From the human T2T-CHM13v2.0 reference genome, Homo sapiens, in the NCBI RefSeq assembly GCF_009914755.1, contig NC_060927.1: DNA of 64,000 nt. The stretch is one strand, 5' to 3'. Below are positions 1-13,878 of the stretch, piece after piece. Within the stretch, counting starts at the first letter, position 1; every line of letters begins with the position of its first letter. The notes under the pieces are model-generated. The model searched no databases and had not been told where the DNA came from. It saw nothing but the letters and a program-made list of their open reading frames with translations. The position numbers and the translations under genes were made by a program.

Positions 1-167
1 AGCTTCAGATAAAAGGGACAAAGTGAGATTAGGTGAGTATCATTCAGTACCTTGGAAAAGTCCCTGGGGATGTACAACTTAACTTTTGTCAATCTACGGA
101 AGCCTTTCAGTTTTACATGCTAGGGGGTGTAAAATTAATTTTCCTTCTTGTGTCTTCAATGCCGATC

Positions 168-560
168 TTTTTTTTTTTAAGTCATTTTGAAAAATCTCAA
201 ACTAAAGGGTAAGTTGTAAGTATGTGACAAAGAGTTCTCTGCCTCCAAAAAATTTGAAAGTAACTATCAGATGGTGCCTAATTTTGGTTTGTCGCTTTAT
301 GGATAATGTTCACTTCCATCACTTGGTTAAGCTGTTGCCTTCCGTGCTTCTCAACTGTCAAGTTTCTTTTTTTACCCTTTGTAATTACTATGATCTTTTG
401 GGGGGGTAATTTGAAATTATGTCAATAATTACAAATGTACATGGGTGTATGTACAAACACGTCTCTATTATTCTTTCACTTTCTTGCTTCTGGAACATTA
501 AGATGTGTTAGATTAATCTTTGCCATTCCCTGCCCTAGCCCTAAAATCAGGCTTTTCTTC
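168..560 (-). mobile_element. Old L1 (L1MC/L1MD/L1ME-type) 3' UTR fragments
   Basis: Poly-T at 168-178 is followed by ATTTTGAAAAATCTCAAACTAAAGGGTAAGTTGTAAG, resembling the antisense 3' end of old L1M; highly diverged. Confidence 0.45.
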
Positions 561-1519
561 AAAAAGTCATAGCTCCACTAATGCATGCATAAACATGTGT
601 ATGTGTTCGTGTTGTGCTCTGTGTTTAAATGTATGTACACATAGAAAGAGAACAAACCTCCCATATGTAACACATCTCCCATCACTTCTACCACTCCCCT
701 CATCCCTTCAGAAGCCTTCCTTACCCTACTGGTTCTCTGACTCCTCACATCGGGTCACAGTGCAATGCAGAAGTCCTTCTCATTCTGCCAGGACACCAAT
801 GCTTTGTGTCTGGATGCCCTAGGACCGATTGTTTTTAAAAACTAAAACATATTATCAGTTCTTTCAAAAAGTCTTCACACTGGAAATTAGGTTGAAAAAG
901 CACTTCGCTCCTGACTTGAGAGTCCAAAATGTTGTACGCAACCTCAGAGGGCATTTTAGACTTATCTAGATGTCATTATGCATCTGCTTGTTAGTGTTTT
1001 TCGATTCCTAGAAGAACCAATCTTTCTCTTCTAGGATTGTGATCTTTTCACCTTTTGTGATTCAACTTTGCCAAGCTGAGAGAACATGTGCCTTCTTTTA
1101 TTGGCTACAGATGGGTGACTTTGTAAGGAAGTTTCAGGAAGGAGCTGCAAACTTCCATTCGCCAGATACAAAAATTCTTATGAATACAATTCTTTATTGT
1201 TTCTTTAAAACTACAGAGTCCTCTTCATTTCTCTCATTAAATGGATTCATACAGGCTATGAGGATTTTTATAGCCAAAATGTCAGGAAGGAAAATGAAAG
1301 CATATGAAGTGCATCTTCATCATTAAGGTATTTAATGTTTAAATGTAATTTTAAAAACTTACTCAAAGGATGAAAAAGAAAAGTGAAGCATCTTTGAAGT
1401 GGAAGTAAGGAAATTATTTTTCTTCATGTTCTAGGCTCCAGTAATTTCTTAGAACTTTGAGAAGTCAATGTGTTTTTTTTTTAAATAAAATTAGATTTTA
1501 TTTTTTCAAAATATTGAGT

Positions 1520-1830
1520 TCATCATAAGAGTTAGCAACCCACGTACAATGCGGTTGTGAGAGAGGAGAGTAAAAATCATTATTAAAGCTGTAAATTAAG
1601 ACAGGCTATTCACTGAAAGGCTGTGTGCGAGATCAGTCTGTGAAAATCCGACATCTCTTTAAGAGACATGACCGAGGTCATATTTTACCTTGGCATTTCC
1701 AAGATCTAGTTTGACTGAAGCATAATTGTCATTTGGCTGATGTGTGTTAAACAAATTACCATAATAGGATATTATCACCAATGGGGATCTCTTTTACATT
1801 GCGGGATGAGGCAGATTCATCAATGCATGT
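1520..1830. promoter_or_regulatory. Candidate enhancer-like unique non-coding element
   Basis: No recognisable repeat; about six retained CpGs in AT-rich context; palindromic ATGACCGAGGTCAT at 1668-1681; TAAT and TGTCA motifs. Motif evidence only. Confidence 0.25.
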
Positions 1831-2796
1831 ACCATAGTGAATATGGGAATGAGGTGTCTCAGTCATGGAACTCAGTGATGGTCCACAATGACTGTGGACC
1901 TTGCTTTAGCAGCACTAGATAATGTTAACTAAGGTCTCTACAATGTGATGGGCGTCTAAACTCTAGAAGTAGTTCAACTTATGAACTACTTAGCACATAT
2001 ACTCCTACAGTCATGGCCATTAATGGTACAGGATATTGCAATGGACATATATTGCATGAACCACAGCAGTTGAAGAGAAGTAGGTCACAGCATTATTTGA
2101 GAAAAAGGTTGAACTTGTACTATTAGCAACAGCATATATCCCTTAGATAAGTGCTATTCTTCTAGAGCTAAGGTATATTATTAAACTATTCATTTTAGTA
2201 TAGAATACTGATAGGAAAATTGCCATATTTCAAGCTGTATGAAGTTAAAAATAAAATCACCCTTAACTTACCATTTCTCTCTTGCTTATGCCCTAATTTC
2301 TGTATTCTCTAGTCTCAGTATCCGGAGGTACCAGGTGTGTTTCAACTTGCTTCTATATGGTAGAATAGGATTTCTAATGATGAGGCTCTATGTTCATGTC
2401 CTATTTTCAAGTGGCTTTGGGTTTCTATATAATACTGGTTATCAGAAGGTGCTGCATAAAAATGAAATGTGTCAAGACTCAATTCCACTATGTCCTAAAA
2501 GTCTTATTTTAGATAATTCCATTCTGATATGGCACAGTATATTTTCTCAACATTTATGATCAAATAAGGGAGTTTGAGAGCTTCAGACAGATGAAATCTT
2601 GCTTTGGTAGAAGATAAATATGTTTTCTTCTTTAGTTGATCAGTAGGCAAATATAAAGGGAATATCATTATACTAATGTTTGATTTTTTCTACTGAGCTT
2701 CCTTCTAAGGAAGTTTGTAGGATATTTAAGCTATGCATTATTTTTCAACCAAATTCAGCTTGAATAATGTCATTAAGTGATCATCTTTAGGTAAGC

Positions 2797-2840
2797 TTTT
2801 CATTCATTCATTTATTCAACAATTATTTATTAAAGCACTC
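2797..2840 (-). mobile_element. L2 3' tail fragment
   Basis: TTCATTCATTCATTTATTCAACAATTATTTATTAAAGCAC matches the antisense L2 terminus. Confidence 0.5.
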
Positions 2841-5251
2841 TGAATTTTTCCTACTTAGATTCTTTTCAACCTCTAGACAGTTTAGAAGTATTGGAAAATG
2901 TTAGGAAGTTTTATGCTTTAGAGATCATGAGTTTTAGCGCAAACATTTTCTTATTTAAGAATGAATAGTTCTGAAAAAGAAATAGTAGCTTTATTGCAAT
3001 CTATCTCCTGAGCTGTCTTTGAGTCTGAGCCCATTGCTCTCATGGGAGAGAATTTTGGCCTGTGGCTCTGCTGAGTTACCAGAAACTTTGATTATGGATC
3101 TGAGGCTGTCATTCTGTCCTAGAAGCTGAGTTTAAAGCCAAGAAGATTAAATTGTACCAGAATGAGGAATATAATTCAAGAATCTTAAAGGGACTTTGTA
3201 GAGTTACCTGGGATTTAAAAAGTAATATTACTAAGCTGCTTTTTTTGGGTTCAAGAGACTTCAAATCTGCCATCTCATGCCAGTGTTTCCTGTCTCTTAT
3301 TTATATAAAATTATTTTTTAAATAAATAACAAAACGACAGAAAGAAAAACAAAAAAGATGAATGGCAAAATTAACATTCCATGAAAAATTACAAATGCAA
3401 AGAAAACTCTCTCCAAAGAGTCCAGTTAAACTTTTCACTTAAATTATGTTATCTTAAAGTGACTAGCAAAAGCTCTCTGCCTGTGAATTAAGAAGCCTGG
3501 GATTATTTTTCTGGGAGAACGCAAAAGATAGGATGAAATTACTATATCCCTTTTTGAATTCTGAGATTTCTAAGCCACAGGCATGAATTTTTAGCCTGCC
3601 ACTAATTACTTCTGTATGCTCATACTGTGTTTCATCAACGTGGGTGATAAAAGTTATGCTACAGTTTATTCTGCAGATCACTTTAGGATCTACTGTCAAG
3701 TCAAACAAAATGGAATTAATTATGAAAGACTTCCAAAGAACAGGTTCAGGCAAATGGGACGCTGTTTTAGCTCTTGAAAGATCACATTTGTTTGGGGGAT
3801 TTCAGAAAATTAATCTGTTCTAGAAATCAATGTGTGCAGCATTGTTCAGATGAGAAAAATAAATGGTGTTATAAGGAAGCTTTATTTTAGTTGTAAGTTC
3901 CTCTTGCCTCAGTCTTCTGATTTTTATTTCTGCACTACTAATGAAAATTTTCTGTTTACATTGAACTGTTATTTTCATATGACTTGAAGGTTCTTACTAA
4001 TTTTCCACTTTGAACTTTGTCCTCACTTTCAATTTTCTAATTATCTCTGGTTATTTTGTTTGAATTCCTAATACCCTTTTATTTATTTCCTCTTTAATGC
4101 TCAGGTTCTTTTCATCCTGATTCAGAGGTCTGTTTTTATAATCCACAGATCATCGTAATAGGATTAATGTCCATAAAGAAGATGGACATATTTATTTTAA
4201 AGATTAATAATGAACGTGTAATAACCAAGTCTATACCACTGACACTAAAGAATGATGATCAGGCTGCTCATAATTAAGAGGATTATCATTTTCATACTAT
4301 TTATGAATCATATAAACTATTACCAAAATGAATATTCATAATCCTTATAGTTATGGATAAAATTAAGAAAGCAAGCTATAAGGAAAAATAATAGCTCAGA
4401 ACAATCCAGTAAGTTTTCCAGGGAATTTCAAAATGGATGTTAAGGACAATAACATTAAATGTTGACCCTTTTTCATAAAATAGACTTACATATATCAAAA
4501 TTCCCAAATAATAATTCATTTTTAGATGGTACATAGCCTGTTTTAAGACAGACTTACTCCTACAACTAATAAAAATTTTATTATTACATTTATGCTAGCC
4601 GTTACATAATTTAGTGCTGATAATGTATTAATGATAGGGTTATGTAAACGAGACTATAATATTCTATAATTCTAAAACTATTTTCATTACCTCTACAGAA
4701 ACAGAGGTATTTTCCAGGAAATCTAAAGGACACACTCTTTTTCTGGATTCCTTCCAAAGCAGTACATTAAATGACCTTGATTGTGCTTAGAATTTCAATT
4801 TGAAAACTAAGTTTGTATGTGAATTCTGGTTACAGGTTTTCACAGAATTTCTATTGAGGCAAAATGTGTACTAATACAAAATAAATACTGGAAAAATAAG
4901 ACTCTAAAATGACATATTTGAAGATAAGTGAAAATATATTAAAATAAAAAATTATTTTTCATAGTATATAAAAGAGGGATATTATTAAGTTCATATTACA
5001 TGTTTATTTATATAATTAAGATTCCTTCTAACTGTAACATTCAATAAATAATCCCCTTTCATAATTACAAAAACATGTAAAGATGTATTGAAATGATCTT
5101 TTTGTTTCTTCCTAGTGCTACTGATTCTGTTTTGATATGAAAAATTATCTCAGCTGATAATGAAAGAAGAATTTATTAGTAAAATTCTTATTATTTCAAT
5201 TTTCTTACTTTGCACATATTACTAAAATATTACCTCTAATAAAGCACTTAC

Positions 5252-5342
5252 CTTTCTTACATGAACCTCTTGCAGTTTTCCAGCAAACACCATATGGAAA
5301 TTAAATTAAACAATATTTGATGTAACCTCTCCATTATTATTG
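5252..5342 (-). other. Candidate 91-nt spliced exon (lncRNA or UTR type) containing a 25-codon sORF at 5334..5257
   Basis: Minus strand reads tttctcttggctttttcag|CAATAATAATGG...GTAAGAAAG|gtaagt; all three frames contain a stop. Confidence 0.4.
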
Positions 5343-7229
5343 CTGAAAAAGCCAAGAGAAATGAACACTGACTTCAACTATATTAGAATACTTATGCTTT
5401 TAAAATTGATGAATGCAATTAGAAGAGAATATACATCCATGGGAAGAAAGTGACCTAGCCTTACAAATGGTGCCACAAACTGTTTTAGAAAAATACCCAA
5501 ATCAACGGTTTTGTAGATTTGAAGCCAAATCTTGAGCTCTTGGTAAATATATGGGTGAAATAATAAAGTAATGGCTTTGATAATGACTTTCATAATATTA
5601 AAAGGACTAAGCAGTTACTTTATAAAACATTTTAACTTGTTGGCCCACAGTAAAAAGGATTGAGTAGAATGAACCTCTTTTCATTTTTTGAGGTATACAA
5701 AGGAAGTGTAAGCTCTTCTTGAAATGCTCACAGTCTTATTAGAAAAAAATGCGTTGTATTAGACTGAGAAAGCACTTTTTATTATATATTAAATTTATGC
5801 ATTTAGTGTGATGACAATAGTTAAATTTTACTGGATGCTTTATCTTATTTAAGCATCATGCTATGATTTAGGCATCTTCTCATTCCTGATAACATCTATG
5901 GTAACTGCATCAATAACATATTAGTTAGCTTGCTCTAATCATAGAGGTTTTTACTCAGGTACAGTGACTACAGCCGCCAAGCTTGGATGCACTGTGCTAC
6001 ATGCTTAAAAGTTTAGAGACGAGACATTAGTGCATGGTAGAAAGGTCAGGAAATGCTTCACACAGTATGTGGCAATTGATTTATGTCTCAAAAAAGTGTT
6101 TGGTGTTGGAAAGTATTTACAGGTCTGGAAATCATGTGACAAAGACCAGATTGTCAGAGGGTGTGACAAAATTGGGGATAGAGATGAGTCTAGATTGAAT
6201 AAAATAAATTGGGTCAGAATTTTATTGATTTGCAAGGCAGTAACAAATTATAGATTTTACGCTTTAGAAGGTGGGAAGATATTGACTCTTTGGGAGATTT
6301 ATATTAATTATCTATAAACATTTCTTGCACAAACCCTGCAGTCAATGTTAAAGAGTAGTCTAGAATCAATTATTGCAATACAACCTTTAAGTTACAATAA
6401 TGTAATATAAATGTGCATACCTAAACCAGAAGCAGCACAGCGAGGCCTGCAGATAAAGTGATATATGAGTTTTGTCTTGAAGGATGGAACTAGTGTTTTG
6501 GAAAGATTCATCTAACAGTAATGTGCAGAATGAATGAAACAGAAGAAAGACATAATATTGGGTAGAAAAGATAAGAGACACTATCATAAAAGGGATAACG
6601 TGTGGTAGAGGCATGATCAGTTGCCAATTTATTTTAAGCATGATAGATTACTGATCAGACACAGAATTTGCCCCAAAGAACTATGGTTTTAGATTAACAT
6701 TATACATACGTAAGCTTACTCTTGGATAGTTAATTTAGTTTTGCTAACCATGAGGCTAATAAGACCAGGGTTATGGGGTTACTCACTGTTTCATGACATT
6801 GGAGTAAAGGCTAGTCAGAAATCTTATAAACCTTTCGCAAAATGACAAATACAGATAACGTAAATATCTCTGTGAATTTCACACCTATGATAATCAACAT
6901 TGAAGTAAAATCCTCAAAAATATGTATTCAACTAAAAGTAGGCCAAGAGTATCATCACGGATTATAACGAACATAAATAATGGCGTAAAGAATCTACCAA
7001 GTACTTTGTCAGAATAAAATATCATGCGAGCTTTCTAGGTAGTGGTAAATATTGGTCTATATTTACAAACGGTTTTATTTGTCCATATAGTATGGCACCC
7101 ATTATCATCCATGTAAACTAGAATACTCCACTGCTTCTGCCTAATAATGGCAATGATAACAATAAAACCAATAATAAAATAAATACTTATGCCTCAAATA
7201 ATTTTAGAATTAGGGTAGAAACAAATAGC

Positions 7230-7400
7230 TACGATTTATTTAGCACATAACATAGTGGCATGATATAGTTTAATTTTCACATCCTACAAACTAAAAATTT
7301 TTATAATTCTATATTATAGGTGAGTCAATTGAGACTCCTACAGCTAATATGTTTCTGAGCTAGGACTCAAAAGTGGGTAAGATTACAAAGCCCTGTGAAG
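7230..7400 (-). mobile_element. MIR relic
   Basis: Degenerate antisense MIR core (ATTCTATATTATAGGTGAGTCAATTGAGACTC...GAGCTAGGACTCAAA). Confidence 0.4.
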
Positions 7401-8194
7401 TAGCTAGTATTTGTATTTCCTCCTTTATGAGTATTAGTTATGAATCACGCAGACATTTTATTTTTAATGCTTTCCTGATCTAGCTGCCTAAAATAAGAGT
7501 TTTAATAATTGCAAAATGTAGAAATGTAGGTAGTGAAAACATAAAAAGATCTGTGTACGTAATTAAATCTCAAGCCACACTAGTTCCCATGGTTCCTTTG
7601 TGTTACCCCTGAAATTTACATTTTAAATTATAAACCTAAATGCCTAAAGTAAACAGAAGACTATCTATCCTCAAATCCAATCCAATGAAGGACCTAAGAT
7701 GCATCTCAAGATCCCATCTAATGGACTTCTCTATCACAGACTCTCAGCCTCCCTTTTCTTTTCTCCAGACTTTAATACTGGGTCCAGCTTTTGAGATCTC
7801 AGCGGGGAAAAAGGGAGGAGTGAGACTCCATGCATCAACATTTTGTCCTAGATTTTCACTGTGCTCTCATCAAAAGTGGCTTCAATCATTCTCCCAACTG
7901 CACTGACCCTCTCTGTCTATATGCTCTTAAAGAATCATGCCAAGGAAGGCAGAGTCCTGGGAAAAGATGGTATTTTTCTTTTGCGTAAGCTGTTTGGACT
8001 CCAAGCTCCAATTAATGTTTAAAAACTCTAGAATTTTAAGAAAGTAAAGCTAATTTTAAGTAATTTGAAGAAAGTGATGTCCAAAGAATTTTAAAAATCT
8101 GGAATGTCCTGTTGGAATTTCTCTTCCCTTAGCCTCTTGTTATTTCCAGAGTTCGTTTCCCTTCTGAAAATTTTATCAATGATTTCAAATATTT

Positions 8195-8350
8195 ACTATT
8201 CATTCATTTAAACAAGTGGTAAGCTTCTAATATATGTTAGGTCCAGTATTAGGCATAAGGAATGGAAAAAAAAAGTAAAATAGTGGAATTCACTTCCCCA
8301 GGAATCCAGGGGATATTTGCTGTCTTTGTGATGTAGCACCTGATAGTCTA
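8195..8350 (-). mobile_element. L2 3' fragment
   Basis: TTCATTCATTTAAACAAG...TATGTTAGGTCCAGTATTAGGCATAAGGA resembles the antisense L2 end. Confidence 0.4.
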
Positions 8351-9419
8351 GTAAACGAGTGGAGAAAGTCAGATGAAATTACATGACATGTTTTCATCAA
8401 CATTTTTCCCCCACATAACATAGTTTCTGATGATGGGCAAGACAATAAGAAACATTGTATTGCAGTGATGGTGATGGAGGACTGGTGGTCAAAATCTCCA
8501 TTATCACCATAAAATAAAATTTTTCTGTATCTTCAGTAGCAGTTTTTAGAGGTCTTGATTTTCCCTATGACATATCTAAACGTAAGTAATAATACATCAA
8601 GGAAGTCCCTAAGTCAATAGTACTCTGTTGAAAGGAGCCCTTTGATTTAGTTTTCCAGACAGAGCTTTCAGAGATCATAATCATCCTGAATATTCCAGCA
8701 ATGCTCAGAAAATAAAACTAATTTTAACTTTGCTCTAAAGATATTGCTTTAAATGGGCTTTTGACTGGCTGCCGAAAACTGTTTATTGATTCAATTTTCT
8801 GACTAACTGATAACAAAGATTCTAGTATCATCTGCCTGATTAGAATGCTTATTTGTACTGGCAGAACCAGCAGAAATTTTCTTCATCCTGGAAGAAACCT
8901 TGAACCCAATAAATATAAAATTATATATGTTGTTTTTTATTTTCATGGTTTTTATTCAGGTGAAATCTGGAGGTCATTAAAAAAATGTAAAAATTTGAAA
9001 AGTGCATGCTTGAGAGGAGAAAAAAATTGTAAAATGGCTAATTGCTGGGTTAAGTGGTGAAAGAGCTATTAATCGCTTTTTGTAGCTTGACCATTTAGAG
9101 GGTTGGCAGGATAGAAGACTCTAGAATATCCTGATTTAGGTATTAGCTACTAGCAGTAATATTAGTCTATTAGTCTTAGATACCAATTCATTATTCATTA
9201 GCTGCCTCCCTGAGGTCACTCCCAACATCAGCAGACAGGGTATTTCCAAAATGAGAGATTTCTGGGAAAATCGTCGTGGTTCAGAGAGAAAATATGCTGT
9301 GAAATCTTGATAGCAATGTACTGGTTGGCAGGTCAACAGTGACAGCAGCAGCAGCAAGAATGAATCAAGTTTCTCCTCCTCTTCTCAGGGTGATGCTCCT
9401 TCTCCTAAATATCAATAAT

Positions 9420-9650
9420 ATGCATTTATCAATTACCTGCCATCTTCTAGATATTGTAATGTGCACTTTAATTATTCATTACTTGATTTAATATTCCCAA
9501 CCCATGTTTGAGATAAATGTTAAAAATCTCCTTTTATTAGGTGTGGGAAAAAGCCTAACATAAATAAAATAATTAGCGACATTCAACCAGCTAGAAAGTA
9601 AAAGAAATGGAATTCAACCTCAGGCATATGTGTCCCCAAAGCCCATGTTT
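9420..9650 (-). mobile_element. MIR relic
   Basis: CTCCTTTTATTAGGTGTGGGAAAAAGC...GGAATTCAACCTCAGGCATATGTGTCCCCAAAGCCCATG. Confidence 0.5.
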
Positions 9651-10264
9651 TGTTGGTGTTGTTGTGTTGCAGTGTTCACTGTTTCAAATTTGCACAGAAT
9701 AGCATAAAAGAATAACTCTCATAATTATTTGTTTCTTTTGTAATTGTGATAATAGGTACACAAATATCTAGTTCTATTTATTTATTGATAGAATAGCTAA
9801 CTGCATGCTATAAACTACTTGAGCAAAGACTAGATATCTTATTTACTTATGTCCAAAAGTTAGCAGTGTTTGAGAAACAAAACTGGGGCACAAAACATGT
9901 TGGCTGGCAATTTGAATGATAAAAGAAAATTTTACCTGAGTATATACAAGTGTATTTTCATTGTGTTTCTAAAATTATTGATCACTTTAGGTGATTAAAA
10001 AATTAAAACATTGCTAAAAGACGGCAAAATACCATAGCACCACCATGCATTTTGATTAAAACTATAGCTATAAACAAAGAACATCTCTTAAAAGCTGTTC
10101 CACTTGTGACAATGATTGATTAAGCATCTTTAGTAATAACCTGAAAAAGCATCCTCTACATTTAGTCAGCACCTTAACCGCTGTTCCATTACAATAGTTC
10201 CCTGAGTCAGATCCTAAGAGCCTCAGGATGTTTGGGTTCTTTGGATCCACCAGCAGCAGACATA

Positions 10265-10430
10265 AGCAACGATCCCAGCTTGCCCTTCATTTTCTGGTTG
10301 AGCCTGGGTTAGGCCCGTCCATTAGGCCTCAGAGTCCTCAACTGACAAATTACCCTAGCAAGATTGCTGTGCAAATTAAATTAACTAATGCATAAAATGT
10401 GCTAACTGTACTATCTCATATAAAAAGGTT
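10265..10430 (+). mobile_element. MIR relic
   Basis: GATCCCAGCT...GGCCTCAGAGTCCTCAACTG...GATTGCTGTGCAAATTAAATTAACTAATGCATAAAATGTGCT. Confidence 0.5.
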
Positions 10431-11599
10431 TTTTAAATACCAGTATTTCAACCTAAATTTCAATTGTTTATATAATGGTGTTTATTGGACTTTATTGCTC
10501 TTTATTTATTTATTGTAAGAGAGTTAAATGCTTTAAAATAAGAAGAAAATTATTAAATAAGATCTTAAAATATGAAGCATGATACATTGACAAAAAGCTG
10601 AATTATTTATTCTCTAGAAATTGATGAGTTAAGTGTTTCAGCTAGTTCTATCTTCTTTTTCTGTGTGTTTGTTTTTAAATCTGGTTTTGCCTGAATAACC
10701 ACAGGAAACCCCGTGTTAAACAGTGACTCAGATGCACTTTGCAATAATAGCTATATTAACTGATTTTTAATGCCATTTTGTCTCCCAGTTGCTCTCCACA
10801 TGTCCCTGAAGTTTAATAAAGCTGAAAACATTTTATTTTATTGTCTCAACTATTGATTATCTGTTTAATGTAATGTGAGAACTCAGTGATATATTGCCTT
10901 TGCCACACTGATTAAATGAATTATCTTAAAGAAATAAGGGCTCTGTTTTAAATTAAAGAACCCTAATACAAAATAAAATTGTTTCTTTCATATATTACTT
11001 GTGGCTCCATTAGAAAACACACAAACCTGATTCTTAATCTTGCAAAGAAAAGAAATGTGATTGTTTCACAGCTGATTTAGGTATTCCTAAATCATCGGGA
11101 GCATTGGGTGACAATTCAGATTTCTACTTCTTTGTTTTATTGCCCACGTTTGGCCTATTTAAAGAAATAAATAACAGACTCACTCACTTCAGAGAAACGA
11201 AAAAATAAGGAAAAATCCTTTGAATTTAAACTATTTTTAAAGAAAAAAACAACTATTATAAACAAAATGGAACTATTGAATAAGAGCAAGACAAAAGATG
11301 CATTACTATTTAAACGAATCCTGAGATTTGTCTAATGATAACAGAGGCTGGTAGGAAACAGAAGTGCTTAACGTAAGGATGATGCATACCAGTCTCTGCA
11401 TCCATTTTGAGAATGTAGTACTTAGCCATGTTATTTGCTACTGGACTAGATTCCCTTGCAGGGATGCATTAACACTGCAGAAACACAAAGCAACTTTTAA
11501 TGTCACTGACCACATAGCCCCTACCAAGGACACTGGTTTTCCACTCAATACCTTCTCCTTATCAATGAAACAGTATCTATCTTCTATAGGCAAAAGCTC

Positions 11600-12032
11600 A
11601 TCATTTCTCTTCCCAGGATCTAAGCATGTCACACAAATGGGGTTGCCCATTTTGTAAATATACTCACATGACTGACCACACTAACTGTCCAAGAAAAGAA
11701 TATTGAAACTAAACTATCCAATTAAATTTTGAAACCAGAGCTGGAGGAAGGAACTTGTTTCTTTCTGGAGGAAAATCTGAGTCCCAAAGTTCCAAGATCT
11801 GCTAATACTATTCTTCTAGAAAAAAGCCATTCTGCAGTAGGACAGGATGAAACAAAAAATGCAGCGATTACAGAGAAAATGGGCAGAGCGAAAGCCTGGA
11901 AAATATAAATTCTTTACCATATCTACCTCCTTGATACCCTTTGTGATTACATATGAGTCAAAAAATTCTCCCTATTGCCCTAGTTAGTTCAAATTTGGGT
12001 TATATCGTCATTTCCAACCAAAGATTACTGAC
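11600..12032 (+). mobile_element. Old MaLR LTR (MLT1J/K/L-like)
   Basis: 3' end TTTGGGTTATATCGTCATTTCCAACCAAAGATTACTGACT resembles the MLT1 terminus. Confidence 0.45.
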
Positions 12033-13469
12033 TTTGTCTTCAAAAGGATAAAGTTAGAAGTAATTTTTGAAAATATTATGACCAGTATTTTTATTATGAC
12101 TCATGCTATTAGAAAATATTTCTGCTGATTAACCATTCTTCAAACAAGGCATCAGAAGTATATTTTGTTTGTTTTTGCAATCATGAAGGCTGAAAAGCAA
12201 CAGTTTCATCATGAAAATGCGAATTTAAAATGTATATGTAAAAAGAATAGGTCAGTTTATGGTTCTCCATCAGACCTCCTGATGCTGAGACTGACCATTT
12301 ACATGATTTGATTTAAAGTCACACGCTCAACAAATACTTTACTAAAGAAGCAAAACAGTTGCTAAATATATCTGCAACATGCTATTAGAATTATTTTAAT
12401 TACTGAAGTAGTGTTGCAACTTTCTTTTTTCTCATCCTTAGTAAAAGCACCATCTAGATCCATGACCTTAAAAAGAGTAACATAATCTCATGTCACAGGG
12501 TGAAGAAGATAGTTATGGTTAATTTTATTGAATAAAATGGAGGTTAAGATTTCCTATGTGCATTAAAATTGGCTTCACCACTTTGCATGTTAAGTGTTCA
12601 TCTATCTTCCTTGTGGAAGATTCATTTTGAGAAAAAAAGTGTGTTTCATAACAGAATTGGTAGTGGTGTTCTGATTCATTCATTCATTTTCAGCACAGCA
12701 ACATAGTGTATTTTTCTTATAAGGATTTAATTCTGCTTATAAATTATATTACCTAGTATAGAATAACTTAAAACTACCAATAGACATTTTGCTTGTAAAA
12801 AATCTGACTAGAAAAGGCAGGTTAATTCCAACTACAAAAGCACAAGCGAGCAACAGTGGCAAAATTGGCACTTCAACTGCTACTGAGCGTCATTCTTCAG
12901 CCATATTACAAAGATAAACATACAACTTTAAAACAATGATAAAATATATCAGCAAATAACTTGTAAAATGGAAAATTTTCAGAGACAACATAAAACAGGA
13001 CATTACACGCCTTATGTCAAGTGATGAATCTCACTTGAATACTTACAGTTACTTAAAATAGTATGTAGCTATAATGGCAAGCAATATTTTTAAAATATTG
13101 CTTACAACACTTTAATCTCATCATTTAATAATTTATGTATGTGTATGCTTAGAACATAAATAATCCATTACTCTAGTAGTATCTATCTATAACTTATAAA
13201 TAAGTATACACATTTGCTTGTGCATGTTCAATACTTTTTCCTTAATGCGGTGTGCAATTGAAAACGGTGAGATTACAAGGGGGCTAAATGATGTCAACAT
13301 TATTCTAAATGATACACATACAATGTTACACACACAGAATTTGCTAATAAATTAGTCTTATTTAGGAAGCTAGATATACATTTACGTATGTTCCTTTTAC
13401 ATAAACTAACTTGAAAATAATAAGCAAAAAGTGCCCATAACAATAACATTCAAGAACAGCTTTCTATAT

Positions 13470-13605
13470 GAATGGTTCTTATCTAGTTTACAGTAGCCTT
13501 ACATAGGGAAGCTGTTTAAATGCACAGATGCCAGAGGTTTTGATCATACGATAAGCCCCAACGAACATAGTTTCAAAAAAGTCTCCTGGTGCTTCCAATC
13601 AATAT
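13470..13605. mobile_element. MER5-like hAT DNA transposon relic
   Basis: GGGAAGCTGTTTAAATGCACAGATGCCAG...TTTCAAAAAAGTCTCCTGGTGCTTCCAAT. Confidence 0.4.
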
Positions 13606-13878
13606 TTTCGATTTATAACATTTAAAATATTTATTTGGATATTTTTATGTACTGATATATAAATTATCTCTCTCTTTCTCCTCCCACCTTCTCTCTATCT
13701 CTTTTTCTGGAAAGACACAAGAGATAGATCTATTAAGGCTTTGTAATTCTTAGGCTATTATGAGTTCTCTTTTGGATACAGTATTGCATATATCTTTTCT
13801 TTGTGACTTGTGTTTTCACACTGTTAATAAGGTCCATTGATGATAAAAAGTTCTAAATCTAAGGTGATCCAGTTTAAC

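Noticed and set aside
1039-1326. 95-aa ORF with an acceptor-like TACAG|ATG near 1110
   Set aside because: No recognisable protein similarity and no convincing exon partner
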